Source: an uncultured Pseudomonadota bacterium (GTDB lineage Bacteria > Pseudomonadota > Gammaproteobacteria > Natronospirales > REEB76). From it: a DNA stretch of 64,000 bases. The position numbers were made by a program, and so were the translations under genes. The notes under the pieces are model-generated. The model ran no database searches, was not told the origin of the DNA, and saw only the letters and a program-made list of their open reading frames with translations. Below are positions 26,431 to 33,870 of the stretch, piece after piece. Positions within the stretch are counted from its first letter, which is position 1. Each line of letters starts with the position of its first letter. Location: the NCBI GenBank assembly GCA_963817285.1, contig CAWFOE010000008.1:123577-187576 (forward strand), written 5' to 3'.

Positions 26431-26861
26431 ATGTACAACAGCAACCGCAGCGATACCCGTCAGCCGTTCTTCGACGCCTGGAAGAAGATGCAGGCGGGCA
26501 GCCCATGACGGCACTGGAGACCATCATCGCCGACGTCATCCGGCTGCACCCGGAATACCATCCGCTGCTGGCGGACGGTGGCCAGCAACCTGGACAAGGA
26601 CTGGCTGCCGGAAGGTGGCGAGACCAATCCCTTCCTGCATATGGGGATGCACATCGCCATCCGCGAGCAACTCTCCATCGACCGGCCCGCCGGTATCAAG
26701 GCTGCTCACGCTGCGCTCCTGGCCCGCGGGCCCGCGATGCCCACGCAGTCGAACACCTCATGCTGGAATGTCTGGGGGAAGCCCTGTGGCGGGCGCAGCG
26801 GGAGAATCGGCTACCGGACGAGAAGGCCTATCTCGCCTGTATCAAAACGCGTACGACCTAG
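26431..26861 (+). CDS. DUF1841 family protein (2 frame slips at about 26575 and 26740)
   Basis: 'MYNSNRSDTRQPFFDAWKKMQAG', 'IIADVIRLHPEYHPLL', 'NPFLHMGMHIAIREQLSIDRPAGI' and 'DAHAVEHLMLECLGEALWRAQRENRLPDEKAYL' lie in three frames. Confidence 0.7.
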
Positions 26862-26869
26862 ACCTGTCC

Positions 26870-27172
26870 CTATTCGGGTTCCGCCGGTTTCGTCAACAGC
26901 ATGAACAAGGCCACGGCCATGAGGCCTTCCGGCGCCTTGTCGATGTGCTTGCGGAAGTTCTCCATGCTGTCCATGCGGTTGTTGGTGGAGCTGTACACGT
27001 CCGTATCCCGCAGGAAAGCCATGCGCCGGTTCAGGGAATCGTAGATGTCGTTGCCGCGCACGTAACCCATGCGGCGGTTGACCGCGTCGAAGACGGTGTT
27101 GTCCCGCGCGTAACCCAGGCGGTTCCGGTTGCGATCGTAGAGGTCGCTGCCCTGCATGCGGTATTCCGCCAT
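26870..27172 (-). CDS. Small hypothetical protein with four tandem 16-aa repeats
   Basis: Intact 100-aa ORF with high third-position GC and a GAGGG RBS 8 nt after the DsbA-like stop. Repeats: LYDRNRNRLGYARDNT / VFDAVNRRMGYVRGND / IYDSLNRRMAFLRDTD / VYSSTNNRMDSMENFR. Short hydrophobic C-terminal segment 'GLMAVALFMLL'. Confidence 0.55.
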   Translation of the reverse strand: MAEYRMQGSDLYDRNRNRLGYARDNTVFDAVNRRMGYVRGNDIYDSLNRRMAFLRDTDVYSSTNNRMDSMENFRKHIDKAPEGLMAVALFMLLTKPAEPE

Positions 27173-27180
27173 GACGGACC

Positions 27181-27934
27181 CTCAGGGTTTCTGCGTAGCG
27201 GCCTTGGGTTTGTGCACCAAGGCGTACTGCTGCTCGATGAGCTTGCTCAGTTCCTCGTAGGCATGGCTCCCGCGCGCCCTGCCCCGTTAACCCCGTAGCT
27301 CGGCGTGGCGTTGATGCCGAGCGCTTCGCCATAGGCCTGGCTTCTCGCCACATCGCCGTGGGTGGTGCCCGCCCGCACACAACCCAGGATCGCGCCGGGA
27401 TCTAGGCCCAGTTCCTGCGCATAAGCCTGGAACTTGGCGATGGGGTCGGGGAGTTCAGCCCACTCCTGCTGGCGGGCGTAGAGCAGATCGTGCATGGGCC
27501 AGAAATGCCCGAGGGTACCGGCGCAACGCGCCACTAGGGAAGCCATCATGGCGTTCTTGTGGATGTCCAGGGGGTAATCGAAGAACACGAAGCGCACCAT
27601 GCCGGTGTCCACGTAATCCTTGCGCATCTTCTCCAGCACCGGCTCGAAGGCGCTGCAGGCGGGGCACTGGTAGTCGGCGAACTCGCGCACCACCACGGGT
27701 GCGTCCGCCTGGCCTAGGGACACGCCCACCACGTCCTCCTCGGGCACGAACTGCACCTGAGGCGCATTGGCCGCGGCGGCCTCGGTCTCGGCGCTCTGCT
27801 CCGCCGTCCCTGCCCGGCCACGGATGATGAGGATGCCCGTATAGACGATGGCGACGATCAGGCAGCGCTATGCCTCCGTAGAGCCAATAGCGGGAGCGAT
27901 CGGGCGGAACGGCCTTGTCAGCTGGCTTCTGCAT
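27181..27934 (-). CDS. DsbA-family thiol:disulfide oxidoreductase, membrane-anchored/periplasmic (2 frame slips at about 27255 and 27850)
   Basis: N-terminal anchor 'MQKPADKAVPPDRSRYWLYGGIAL...'. Thioredoxin motif 'FADYQCPACSAF', 'VRFVFFDYPLDIHKNAMMAS', 'GINATPSYGVNG'. The tail 'AYEELSKLIEQQYALVHKPKAATQKP*' is in another frame. Confidence 0.72.
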
Positions 27935-28329
27935 GGCATTGACTCCCCAGGTGTTCAATCCTGAGTGTAATACTCAGGTTAAGTACCCGCCGTGACGGCC
28001 ACGGGCCACCACCCCGTATACATCATAGCGGCCCCTTTAAGCCTCTGTTAATGTCATATTGGCGTCAGACTAACAGTTGTGTAATAAATACTGCCCTTCC
28101 GGGTCTTCCATCATGTGTGGAAACACTGGGTTACGGTCGTGAGGCCGCATCCGAGTGACCCGGACGTCCGTATCTTAAGACGAACCTGCTGCAGGCCGGG
28201 TTCAGCTCGAGATGCGGATGAACCCGCACGGTGAACCGGGCCCCCAGGGGTATTCCGGATCTCCTGGCGGTCCGTGGAGTAATCCGCATCCAACATTTTG
28301 TAACAACCACTCTATAGAGGACGTCTATC

Positions 28330-28593
28330 ATGAATACGACTAAAGTCTCCGGTATCGCTATCGCCGCCGTTGCTGCCAGCCTGTTCGTGCTGGCCCCGCT
28401 CGCCACGGCTGCCGACAGCGCCGCCACCGGCAAGTGCCTGGGTGGCAATTCTTGCAAGGGCCAGAGCTCCTGCAAGAGCTTCGATCACGGCTGCAAGGGT
28501 CAGAACTCCTGCAAGGGCAAGGGCTTCGTGGTGACCACGAAGGCTGACTGCGACAAGGCCGGCGGCAAGTTCGATGCCAAAGGCGGCAAGTAG
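28330..28593 (+). CDS. Sec-signal 6-Cys precursor peptide, BufA2-like (bufferin 6/12-Cys class) RiPP precursor candidate
   Basis: 87 aa. Signal peptide '[27 protein letters not shown]|AD'. Core '[48 protein letters not shown]' with 6 Cys and a duplicated CKGQxSCK module. Lies directly upstream of the DUF692/DUF2063 genes. Confidence 0.85.
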   Translation: MNTTKVSGIAIAAVAASLFVLAPLATAADSAATGKCLGGNSCKGQSSCKSFDHGCKGQNSCKGKGFVVTTKADCDKAGGKFDAKGGK

Positions 28594-28620
28594 CTTTACG
28601 TCATGGCTTGATGATAGAAG

Positions 28621-28655
28621 GACCCGGTCGCTCACAGGCGGCCGGGTCTTTTTTT
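28621..28655 (+). terminator. Intrinsic terminator/attenuator between the precursor and the maturase genes
   Basis: 11-bp stem gacccggtcgc / gcggccgggtc (one G-U pair), 6-nt loop, then T7 (28649-28655). Confidence 0.8.
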
Positions 28656-28691
28656 GAGCGGAAGCGCAACACGACGGGTAGAATTTCCATC

Positions 28692-29546
28692 GTGAGCAAC
28701 AAGACAACAACCCATCGCCGACCATATCTGGGCTTCGGACTCGGCCTGCGCACCGAACACTACGAAGCGATACTGGCGGAGAAACCGCCGCTCGACTGGC
28801 TCGAGATCCTTTCGGAGAACTACATGGTGGACGGCGGCAAGCCGCTCCATTATCTCGATCGCTTCCGCGCCCTCTATCCCCTGGTGATGCACGGCGTCTC
28901 GCTCTCCATCGGCAGCGGCGATCCGCTGGACATGGATTACCTGAAGCGCCTGAAAGCGTTAGCGGCCAAGGTGGAGCCGCGTTGGATGTCCGATCATCTG
29001 TGCTGGACCGGCATCGCGGGCAAGAACCTGCACGACCTCATGCCCCTGCCCTACACCGAAGAAGCGGTAAATCACGTGGCCTCACGCGTGCGCCAGGTGC
29101 AGGACTACTTAGGCAGGCAGATCCTGCTGGAGAACGTGTCCAGCTACGTCACCTATACCCAGTCAGCCATGAGCGAGTGGGAATTCCTCACGGCCATCTG
29201 CGAGGCGGCGGATTGCCATATCCTGCTGGACATCAACAACATCTACGTGAGCAGCCATAACCACGAGTTCGATCCGCGGGAATACCTGCGGGGTGTGCCG
29301 TCGGCGCGAGTGCGCCAATTCCATCTGGCGGGCCACACCTATAACGGCAACATCATCGTGGATACCCACGACCAGCCCATCATCGGTGGCGTGTGGGAAC
29401 TCTACGCCGAAGCGGTGCGCCACTTCGGCCCGGTGTCCACCATGATCGAGCGGGATGCCAACATCCCACCCCTGGCGGAAGTGCTGGCAGAACTGGAACA
29501 GGCACGCGCCATCGCCAACCCTATCCTGAAAGAGAGAGCAGCATGA
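28692..29546 (+). CDS. bufB: DUF692 / MbnB-like MNIO enzyme (bufferin maturase-like)
   Basis: GTG 28692 inferred; the track start 28608 would run through the terminator hairpin. Motifs '[12 protein letters not shown]', 'LEILSENY', 'HGVSLSIGS', 'MSDHLCW', 'LLENVSSY', '[14 protein letters not shown]', 'FHLAGH', 'VDTHD'. Confidence 0.88.
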   Translation: MSNKTTTHRRPYLGFGLGLRTEHYEAILAEKPPLDWLEILSENYMVDGGKPLHYLDRFRALYPLVMHGVSLSIGSGDPLDMDYLKRLKALAAKVEPRWMSDHLCWTGIAGKNLHDLMPLPYTEEAVNHVASRVRQVQDYLGRQILLENVSSYVTYTQSAMSEWEFLTAICEAADCHILLDINNIYVSSHNHEFDPREYLRGVPSARVRQFHLAGHTYNGNIIVDTHDQPIIGGVWELYAEAVRHFGPVSTMIERDANIPPLAEVLAELEQARAIANPILKERAA

Positions 29547-30322
29547 GTGCGCTCCTCGGCCTCGAGAAAGATTTCCAACAGTGCATGCTCAAGAACAACT
29601 TGGACATGCAAGGCCAGGTGGTGAGCACTGCTAAGGCGGATGCAGCCGAGCGGGTGCGCGTTTATGTGGAGGCCTATCGCCTGCGGCTCCTGGAAGTGCT
29701 GCAGGATAACTACACGGGGCTGCATGGACTCTTGGGCGATGACGAGTTCGATCGTCTGGGCCGCGCGTACATAGACGCTCGCCCTTCCACCCATCCTTCG
29801 GTGCGCTGGTTTAGTCGACACCTCGAGGATTTCCTGCGCCACACCGAACCTTACGACACGCACCCTTATCTCGCGGAGATGGCGGCCTTCGAATGGGCCC
29901 AAGGTCTGGTATTCGACGCAGCCGATGAACCCATCGCCGGTCTCGAATCACTGGCCACGGTGCCGCCGGAAGCCTGGGCAGGTCTGCGCTTCAGCCCGCA
30001 CGCGGCGGTGCAGCGGCTAAGCCTGGAGTGGAACGTGCCCCAAGTGTGGCAGACCCTAGAAGCCGGCGAGACACCTGAATTGCAGAAGAGCGAGACGCCA
30101 GCCAACTGGCTCCTGTGGCGGGTGGAACTTCTGACCCACTGGCGCTCTCTGAATGAAGACGAAGCCTGGGCACTCAGCGCCATAGCGGAAGGCAAGAACT
30201 TCGGCGAACTCTGCGAAGGCCTCTGCCAATGGCACGATGCCTCGGAAGTGGCCATGCAGGCTGCGAGTTTCCTGAAACGCTGGATCATGGACGGACTCAT
30301 CACTGGAGTGCATATCGAGTGA
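29543..30322 (+). CDS. DUF2063 protein (MNIO partner, BufC-like)
   Basis: ATGA overlap with the DUF692 stop. '[21 protein letters not shown]', '[11 protein letters not shown]'. Same architecture as the paralogue at 31803..32567. Confidence 0.82.
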   Translation: MSALLGLEKDFQQCMLKNNLDMQGQVVSTAKADAAERVRVYVEAYRLRLLEVLQDNYTGLHGLLGDDEFDRLGRAYIDARPSTHPSVRWFSRHLEDFLRHTEPYDTHPYLAEMAAFEWAQGLVFDAADEPIAGLESLATVPPEAWAGLRFSPHAAVQRLSLEWNVPQVWQTLEAGETPELQKSETPANWLLWRVELLTHWRSLNEDEAWALSAIAEGKNFGELCEGLCQWHDASEVAMQAASFLKRWIMDGLITGVHIE

Positions 30323-31227
30323 AATCACACGCTGCTGCCCTGCTCTTCCTGCTTCCGATCATCGCGCCCCTCGCTCATGCTGACACCCCGACCGCTGCCC
30401 CCGACCCGGTGCAGGTGGAATTCACCCCCGGCGATCTCACGGTGAGCCGGGACCAGGTCCTGCAATGGATCCATACGGCTCAGAAGGCCGTGACCCACTA
30501 CTACGGACGTTATCCGGTGCCGGCAGTAAAGATACAGGTGGAAGCAAGACCAGGCCGGCGCGGTAACGCCTCCGGAACCACCTACGGCAGCGAAGACGGC
30601 GCTTTCATCCAGATGGGCATAGGCAGCGTGGTCAGTAACGACGAACTGCAAGCAGACTGGGTCATGACCCACGAGATGGTACATCTGGCTTTCCCGCGAG
30701 TGGCAGAGAACCAGCATTGGATAGAAGAAGGTCTGGCGACCTATGTAGAGCCCGTGGCCCGAGCCCAGATAGGCGACCTCAGCGTAGATTATCTCTGGCA
30801 GGAGACCATCGAAGGCATGCCCAAAGGGCTGCCGGATACTGGGGATAAAGGGCTGGACAACACCGCTACCTGGGGCCGCACCTACTGGGGTGGCGCCATG
30901 TTCTGCTTGCTGGCAGACGTGCAGATACGGGAACGGACCCATAACCGCTACGGCCTGCAGGATGCCCTGCGGGGGATCCTGGCCGCCGGCGGCAACATCG
31001 ATAGTGCCTGGCCCTTGAGCAAGGCTTTTGCCATAGCCGACAAGACTGTGGGGGTCTCGGTGCTGGAAGACTTATACGCCGGGATGAAGGACAAACCGGT
31101 GGACCCGAACCTACCCGCCCTCTGGAAGAAGCTCGGGGTCGCACTGGTGGAAGGCAAAGTGGCCTACGACGATGCCGCGCCTGACGCAGCCATCCGTAAA
31201 GCCATCACGGCTGCCGACACTCAATAA
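30319..31227 (+). CDS. Secreted zinc metallopeptidase-like protein (HExxH ... EEG, gluzincin-like)
   Basis: GTGA overlap with the DUF2063 stop (GTG 30319). Signal peptide '[20 protein letters not shown]|DT'. Motif 'WVMTHEMVHLAFPRVAENQHWIEEGLATYVEP'. Family not recognised beyond the motif. Confidence 0.6.
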   Translation: MKSHAAALLFLLPIIAPLAHADTPTAAPDPVQVEFTPGDLTVSRDQVLQWIHTAQKAVTHYYGRYPVPAVKIQVEARPGRRGNASGTTYGSEDGAFIQMGIGSVVSNDELQADWVMTHEMVHLAFPRVAENQHWIEEGLATYVEPVARAQIGDLSVDYLWQETIEGMPKGLPDTGDKGLDNTATWGRTYWGGAMFCLLADVQIRERTHNRYGLQDALRGILAAGGNIDSAWPLSKAFAIADKTVGVSVLEDLYAGMKDKPVDPNLPALWKKLGVALVEGKVAYDDAAPDAAIRKAITAADTQ

Positions 31228-31246
31228 AAAGGATAGACGATAGAAG

Positions 31247-31278
31247 CGGCAGAGCTCTCAAGGAGCTCTGCCGTTTTT
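31247..31278 (+). terminator. Intrinsic terminator between the convergent peptidase and DoxX genes
   Basis: Perfect 11-bp stem cggcagagctc / gagctctgccg, loop tcaag, then T5 (31274-31278). Confidence 0.8.
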
Positions 31279-31287
31279 CATTCGAGT

Positions 31288-31779
31288 TCAGGCCGTAGGT
31301 TTGAAGCGCGGAAAGAATTTCATCATCAGATAATCGATGGAAAGCTTCCCAGGGCCATACACCAGCGTCACCAGCAGCATCAGCCCCCATATCTTGTGAT
31401 CCTTGAAGGCGGAACCGAACAGCCCCACCCAAAAGCCATCCGGCCAGAGGTCCGGGAAGGAGATCACGCAGATCAGGTTGTACACGAACAGGAAGCCAGC
31501 AGTCAGACGTCCGAAGATGCCGAACGCCAGCAATACCGGTATCACCAGCTCCACTCCAGTGCCGAGATAGGCGGCGAACACCGGCGGCAGGAACGGCACG
31601 TGATAGGTGTTGGTGAAGAGATCGATGGTGGAATCCATGTTCGCGATCTTGGCCAGGCCAGCGCGGAAGAAGGCGTTGGCCACCCACAGACGCAAGGCGA
31701 GATCCACCAGTGGCTTGGCGTATTCCAGCCAGCCCACCAGCATGCAGTACAGACCCTGGATCTTGGTGAACATCTTCAT
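31288..31779 (-). CDS. DoxX family membrane protein (BufD-like position)
   Basis: Intact 163-aa ORF with four TM helices ('LALRLWVANAFFRAGLAKI', 'YLGTGVELVIPVLLAFG'). Last gene of the minus-strand cluster. Confidence 0.78.
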   Translation of the reverse strand: MKMFTKIQGLYCMLVGWLEYAKPLVDLALRLWVANAFFRAGLAKIANMDSTIDLFTNTYHVPFLPPVFAAYLGTGVELVIPVLLAFGIFGRLTAGFLFVYNLICVISFPDLWPDGFWVGLFGSAFKDHKIWGLMLLVTLVYGPGKLSIDYLMMKFFPRFKPTA

Positions 31780-31802
31780 CTGACTCTCCCCCTGGGTAGG
31801 TC

Positions 31803-32567
31803 TTAATTGTGGAAACCGGTGAGTATCTCTTCTCGCACCAAACCAGCGAACGTCTTCTCCACGTCAAACCCGGGCTCTGCTTCGAGAGCTGCGAGGCAGG
31901 CTTGCTCGAAGGTGTCGGCATCTATCACCCGCTGCAAGAACTCATGTTCCCCGGCACTCAATCGTCGCATATATACATCCAGAGCGGGTCGGGCTAACAG
32001 TACATACTCGCCGGGCAAGTCTATATCGAGCCCGGTCTCAGGCGCCGGGGAACGGCAATACTCCCAGAGTGTGAGCACCGGGAAGCGGGAGCGTAACACC
32101 CGCACCGCCGGTTGCACCCGGAATCGCAGCTTGGGCTGAAGCTCGCTCGGCAACGCGGCCAAGGCCGCGAGATCCATCGGTATGTGTCCAGGTGCGAGAG
32201 CTGCCTGAAGATTGTGCCATTCCAATTCGGCCACATCAGCCAGATAAGCCAGGCTGCTTGCCGGCTCGTAGCTACGGATGAACCCTGCGAACTGGCCACC
32301 GTAATCCTGGATGTTCCCGGAACGGGAAGGCTCGGTCTTGAGATAGATCGCAGCCATGGCGGTGAAGAACGCCTCTCCTACCAGGCGCTCGGTGGCGGGG
32401 TACACGTTCTTGAGAGCGCCCACGAGAGCGCTCTGCATGTTGTGGCGATAGACCTGCAGGCGTTGCGCGGCAGTGAGTCCGTTGCCGCGTACCGGCAGCT
32501 CTCCGGTCGGCTTGCCGGTGAGGCCTCGGCCGAGACAGCTTTGCAGTTCAGGCAGCAGCATGGCCAT
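31803..32567 (-). CDS. DUF2063 protein (MNIO partner, BufC-like)
   Basis: 'TAAQRLQVYRHNMQSALVGALKNVYP', 'YLADVAELEWH'. 20-nt overlap with the upstream DUF692 gene. Confidence 0.82.
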   Translation of the reverse strand: MAMLLPELQSCLGRGLTGKPTGELPVRGNGLTAAQRLQVYRHNMQSALVGALKNVYPATERLVGEAFFTAMAAIYLKTEPSRSGNIQDYGGQFAGFIRSYEPASSLAYLADVAELEWHNLQAALAPGHIPMDLAALAALPSELQPKLRFRVQPAVRVLRSRFPVLTLWEYCRSPAPETGLDIDLPGEYVLLARPALDVYMRRLSAGEHEFLQRVIDADTFEQACLAALEAEPGFDVEKTFAGLVREEILTGFHN

Positions 32568-33409
32568 GCATCAGCAGTGCATCCGCCTTGGCGGCTTCTG
32601 TGATCAGTTCCGGCAAGGCCGGGAGTTCGCTGTCCCATTCCAGGAGAGTGGGCTTCGGGCCCAGCGCACCCAGCGCATAGGCATACAATTCCCAGACGGC
32701 CTCTTTCACCGGACGATCATGGGTATCGATGAGAAGTTCGACTCCATCCACGCGTTTCTCGGCGTGACCCGCCAGATGGATCTCCTGCACATCCTGGGCG
32801 GGGATCGAGTCTATATAGTGGCGTGCATCGAAGCCATGGTTCACGGCGCTCACGTAGATGTTGTTGACATCCAGCAAGATGCCGCAGCCGGAGCGGGCCG
32901 CCACTTCCCGCAGGAACTCCCATTCAGGGATGGCCGAGTGTTCGAACTCGAGATAGCTGGAGACATTCTCGATGAGTATCTGGCGACCCAGGTGATCCTG
33001 CACTTCGGCGATGCGGGCCGTCACATGCTGCAAAGCTTCTTCAGTGTAGGGCAGCGGCAGGAGGTCATGGAAATGGACGCCGCCGGTGGAGACCCAGCAG
33101 AGATGCTCGGACACGAGCATGGGTGAGAACCGGGCTACGGCAGCCTTGAGCTTCGCGAGATGTCCGTGATCGAGCGGATCCACGGAGCCGAGGGAGAGGC
33201 CTACGCCGTGCAGACTCAAGGGATAATCCACGCGCACCCGATCCAGCTCAGCGACCGGCGCGACCGCCCTCGGCGAAATAATTCTCGCTATGTACTTCCA
33301 GCCAGGCGACCGCTGGGCGGTCCTCCAGGAGAACCTGCACATGGGGAGCACGCAGGCCTATCCCCGCGCGAGCGGAGATGGGCTGCGGTGTATGGGTGGG
33401 CGTAGGCAT
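32548..33409 (-). CDS. bufB: DUF692 / MbnB-like MNIO enzyme (bufferin maturase-like) (frame slip at about 33260)
   Basis: N-terminus '[45 protein letters not shown]' in the 33248..33598 frame. The rest carries 'HGVGLSLGS', 'VSEHLCW', 'LIENVSSY', '[14 protein letters not shown]', 'IHLAGH', 'IDTHD'. Confidence 0.86.
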
Positions 33410-33420
33410 AGGCCTCAAGC

Positions 33421-33714
33421 TTAGCCGTTCTCCGGTGCATGTTTCAGGAGGGCGAGGTTGCCGCCGCCGATCTTCCGGCACAGACCCTTGGGTACCAGGA
33501 GGAAGGAATCCCACTCCCGGTCCTGTTGGCTGGTCGAAGCGCAGGAGTTGTATAGCGTCTGGCAATCGTTCTGCTGAGCCGCGGCTACGCCGTAACACTT
33601 CTCCTGGGGCATGGGTCGATTGGCTTCCACGCCGTAACCCACGGCAGCCCCGGCGGTACCTGTGACCAAGCTCGCGACCGCGCCATAGATGGCTAATCTG
33701 ACTTCGTTACGCAT
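33421..33714 (-). CDS. DUF2282 4-Cys precursor peptide, BufA1-like, divergent second copy
   Basis: 97 aa. N-terminal hydrophobic region '[20 protein letters not shown]'. Core '[49 protein letters not shown]' with C-x10-C-x6-C-x20-C spacing. Confidence 0.8.
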   Translation of the reverse strand: MRNEVRLAIYGAVASLVTGTAGAAVGYGVEANRPMPQEKCYGVAAAQQNDCQTLYNSCASTSQQDREWDSFLLVPKGLCRKIGGGNLALLKHAPENG

Positions 33715-33821
33715 CTCGGTAGTCTCCTTGAATGGCTGATGGTTACTTGCGTGGCTCGCAACGAGGACACAAGTTCAGCAGAGACCAGGATGCAGCTGGA
33801 TTTATTACCGGTTTCACCGCA

Positions 33822-33849
33822 GGCCGGTCCCCGCGCTCGCGGGGACCGG
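33822..33849 (-). promoter_or_regulatory. GC-rich stem-loop between the two tandem precursor genes (possible attenuation/processing site)
   Basis: 12-bp perfect stem gccggtccccgc / gcggggaccggc with loop gctc. No U-tract follows on the coding (minus) strand. Confidence 0.4.
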
Positions 33850-33870
33850 CTGGGTAAAGATGGGAGTTAC

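Noticed and set aside
25513-26508. 331-aa ORF fusing nth to the DUF1841 N-terminus
   Set aside because: Nth-typical length and a plausible basic tail with TAG at 26418-26420 appear after one frame correction. DUF1841 starts at its own ATG 26431.
28111-28475. Minus-strand ORFs (61 and 114 aa) in and around the leader and precursor region as possible extra peptides or regulators
   Set aside because: They have no RBS, no signal peptide and no Cys pattern. They overlap the well-supported precursor gene antisense, and their composition is consistent with chance ORFs.
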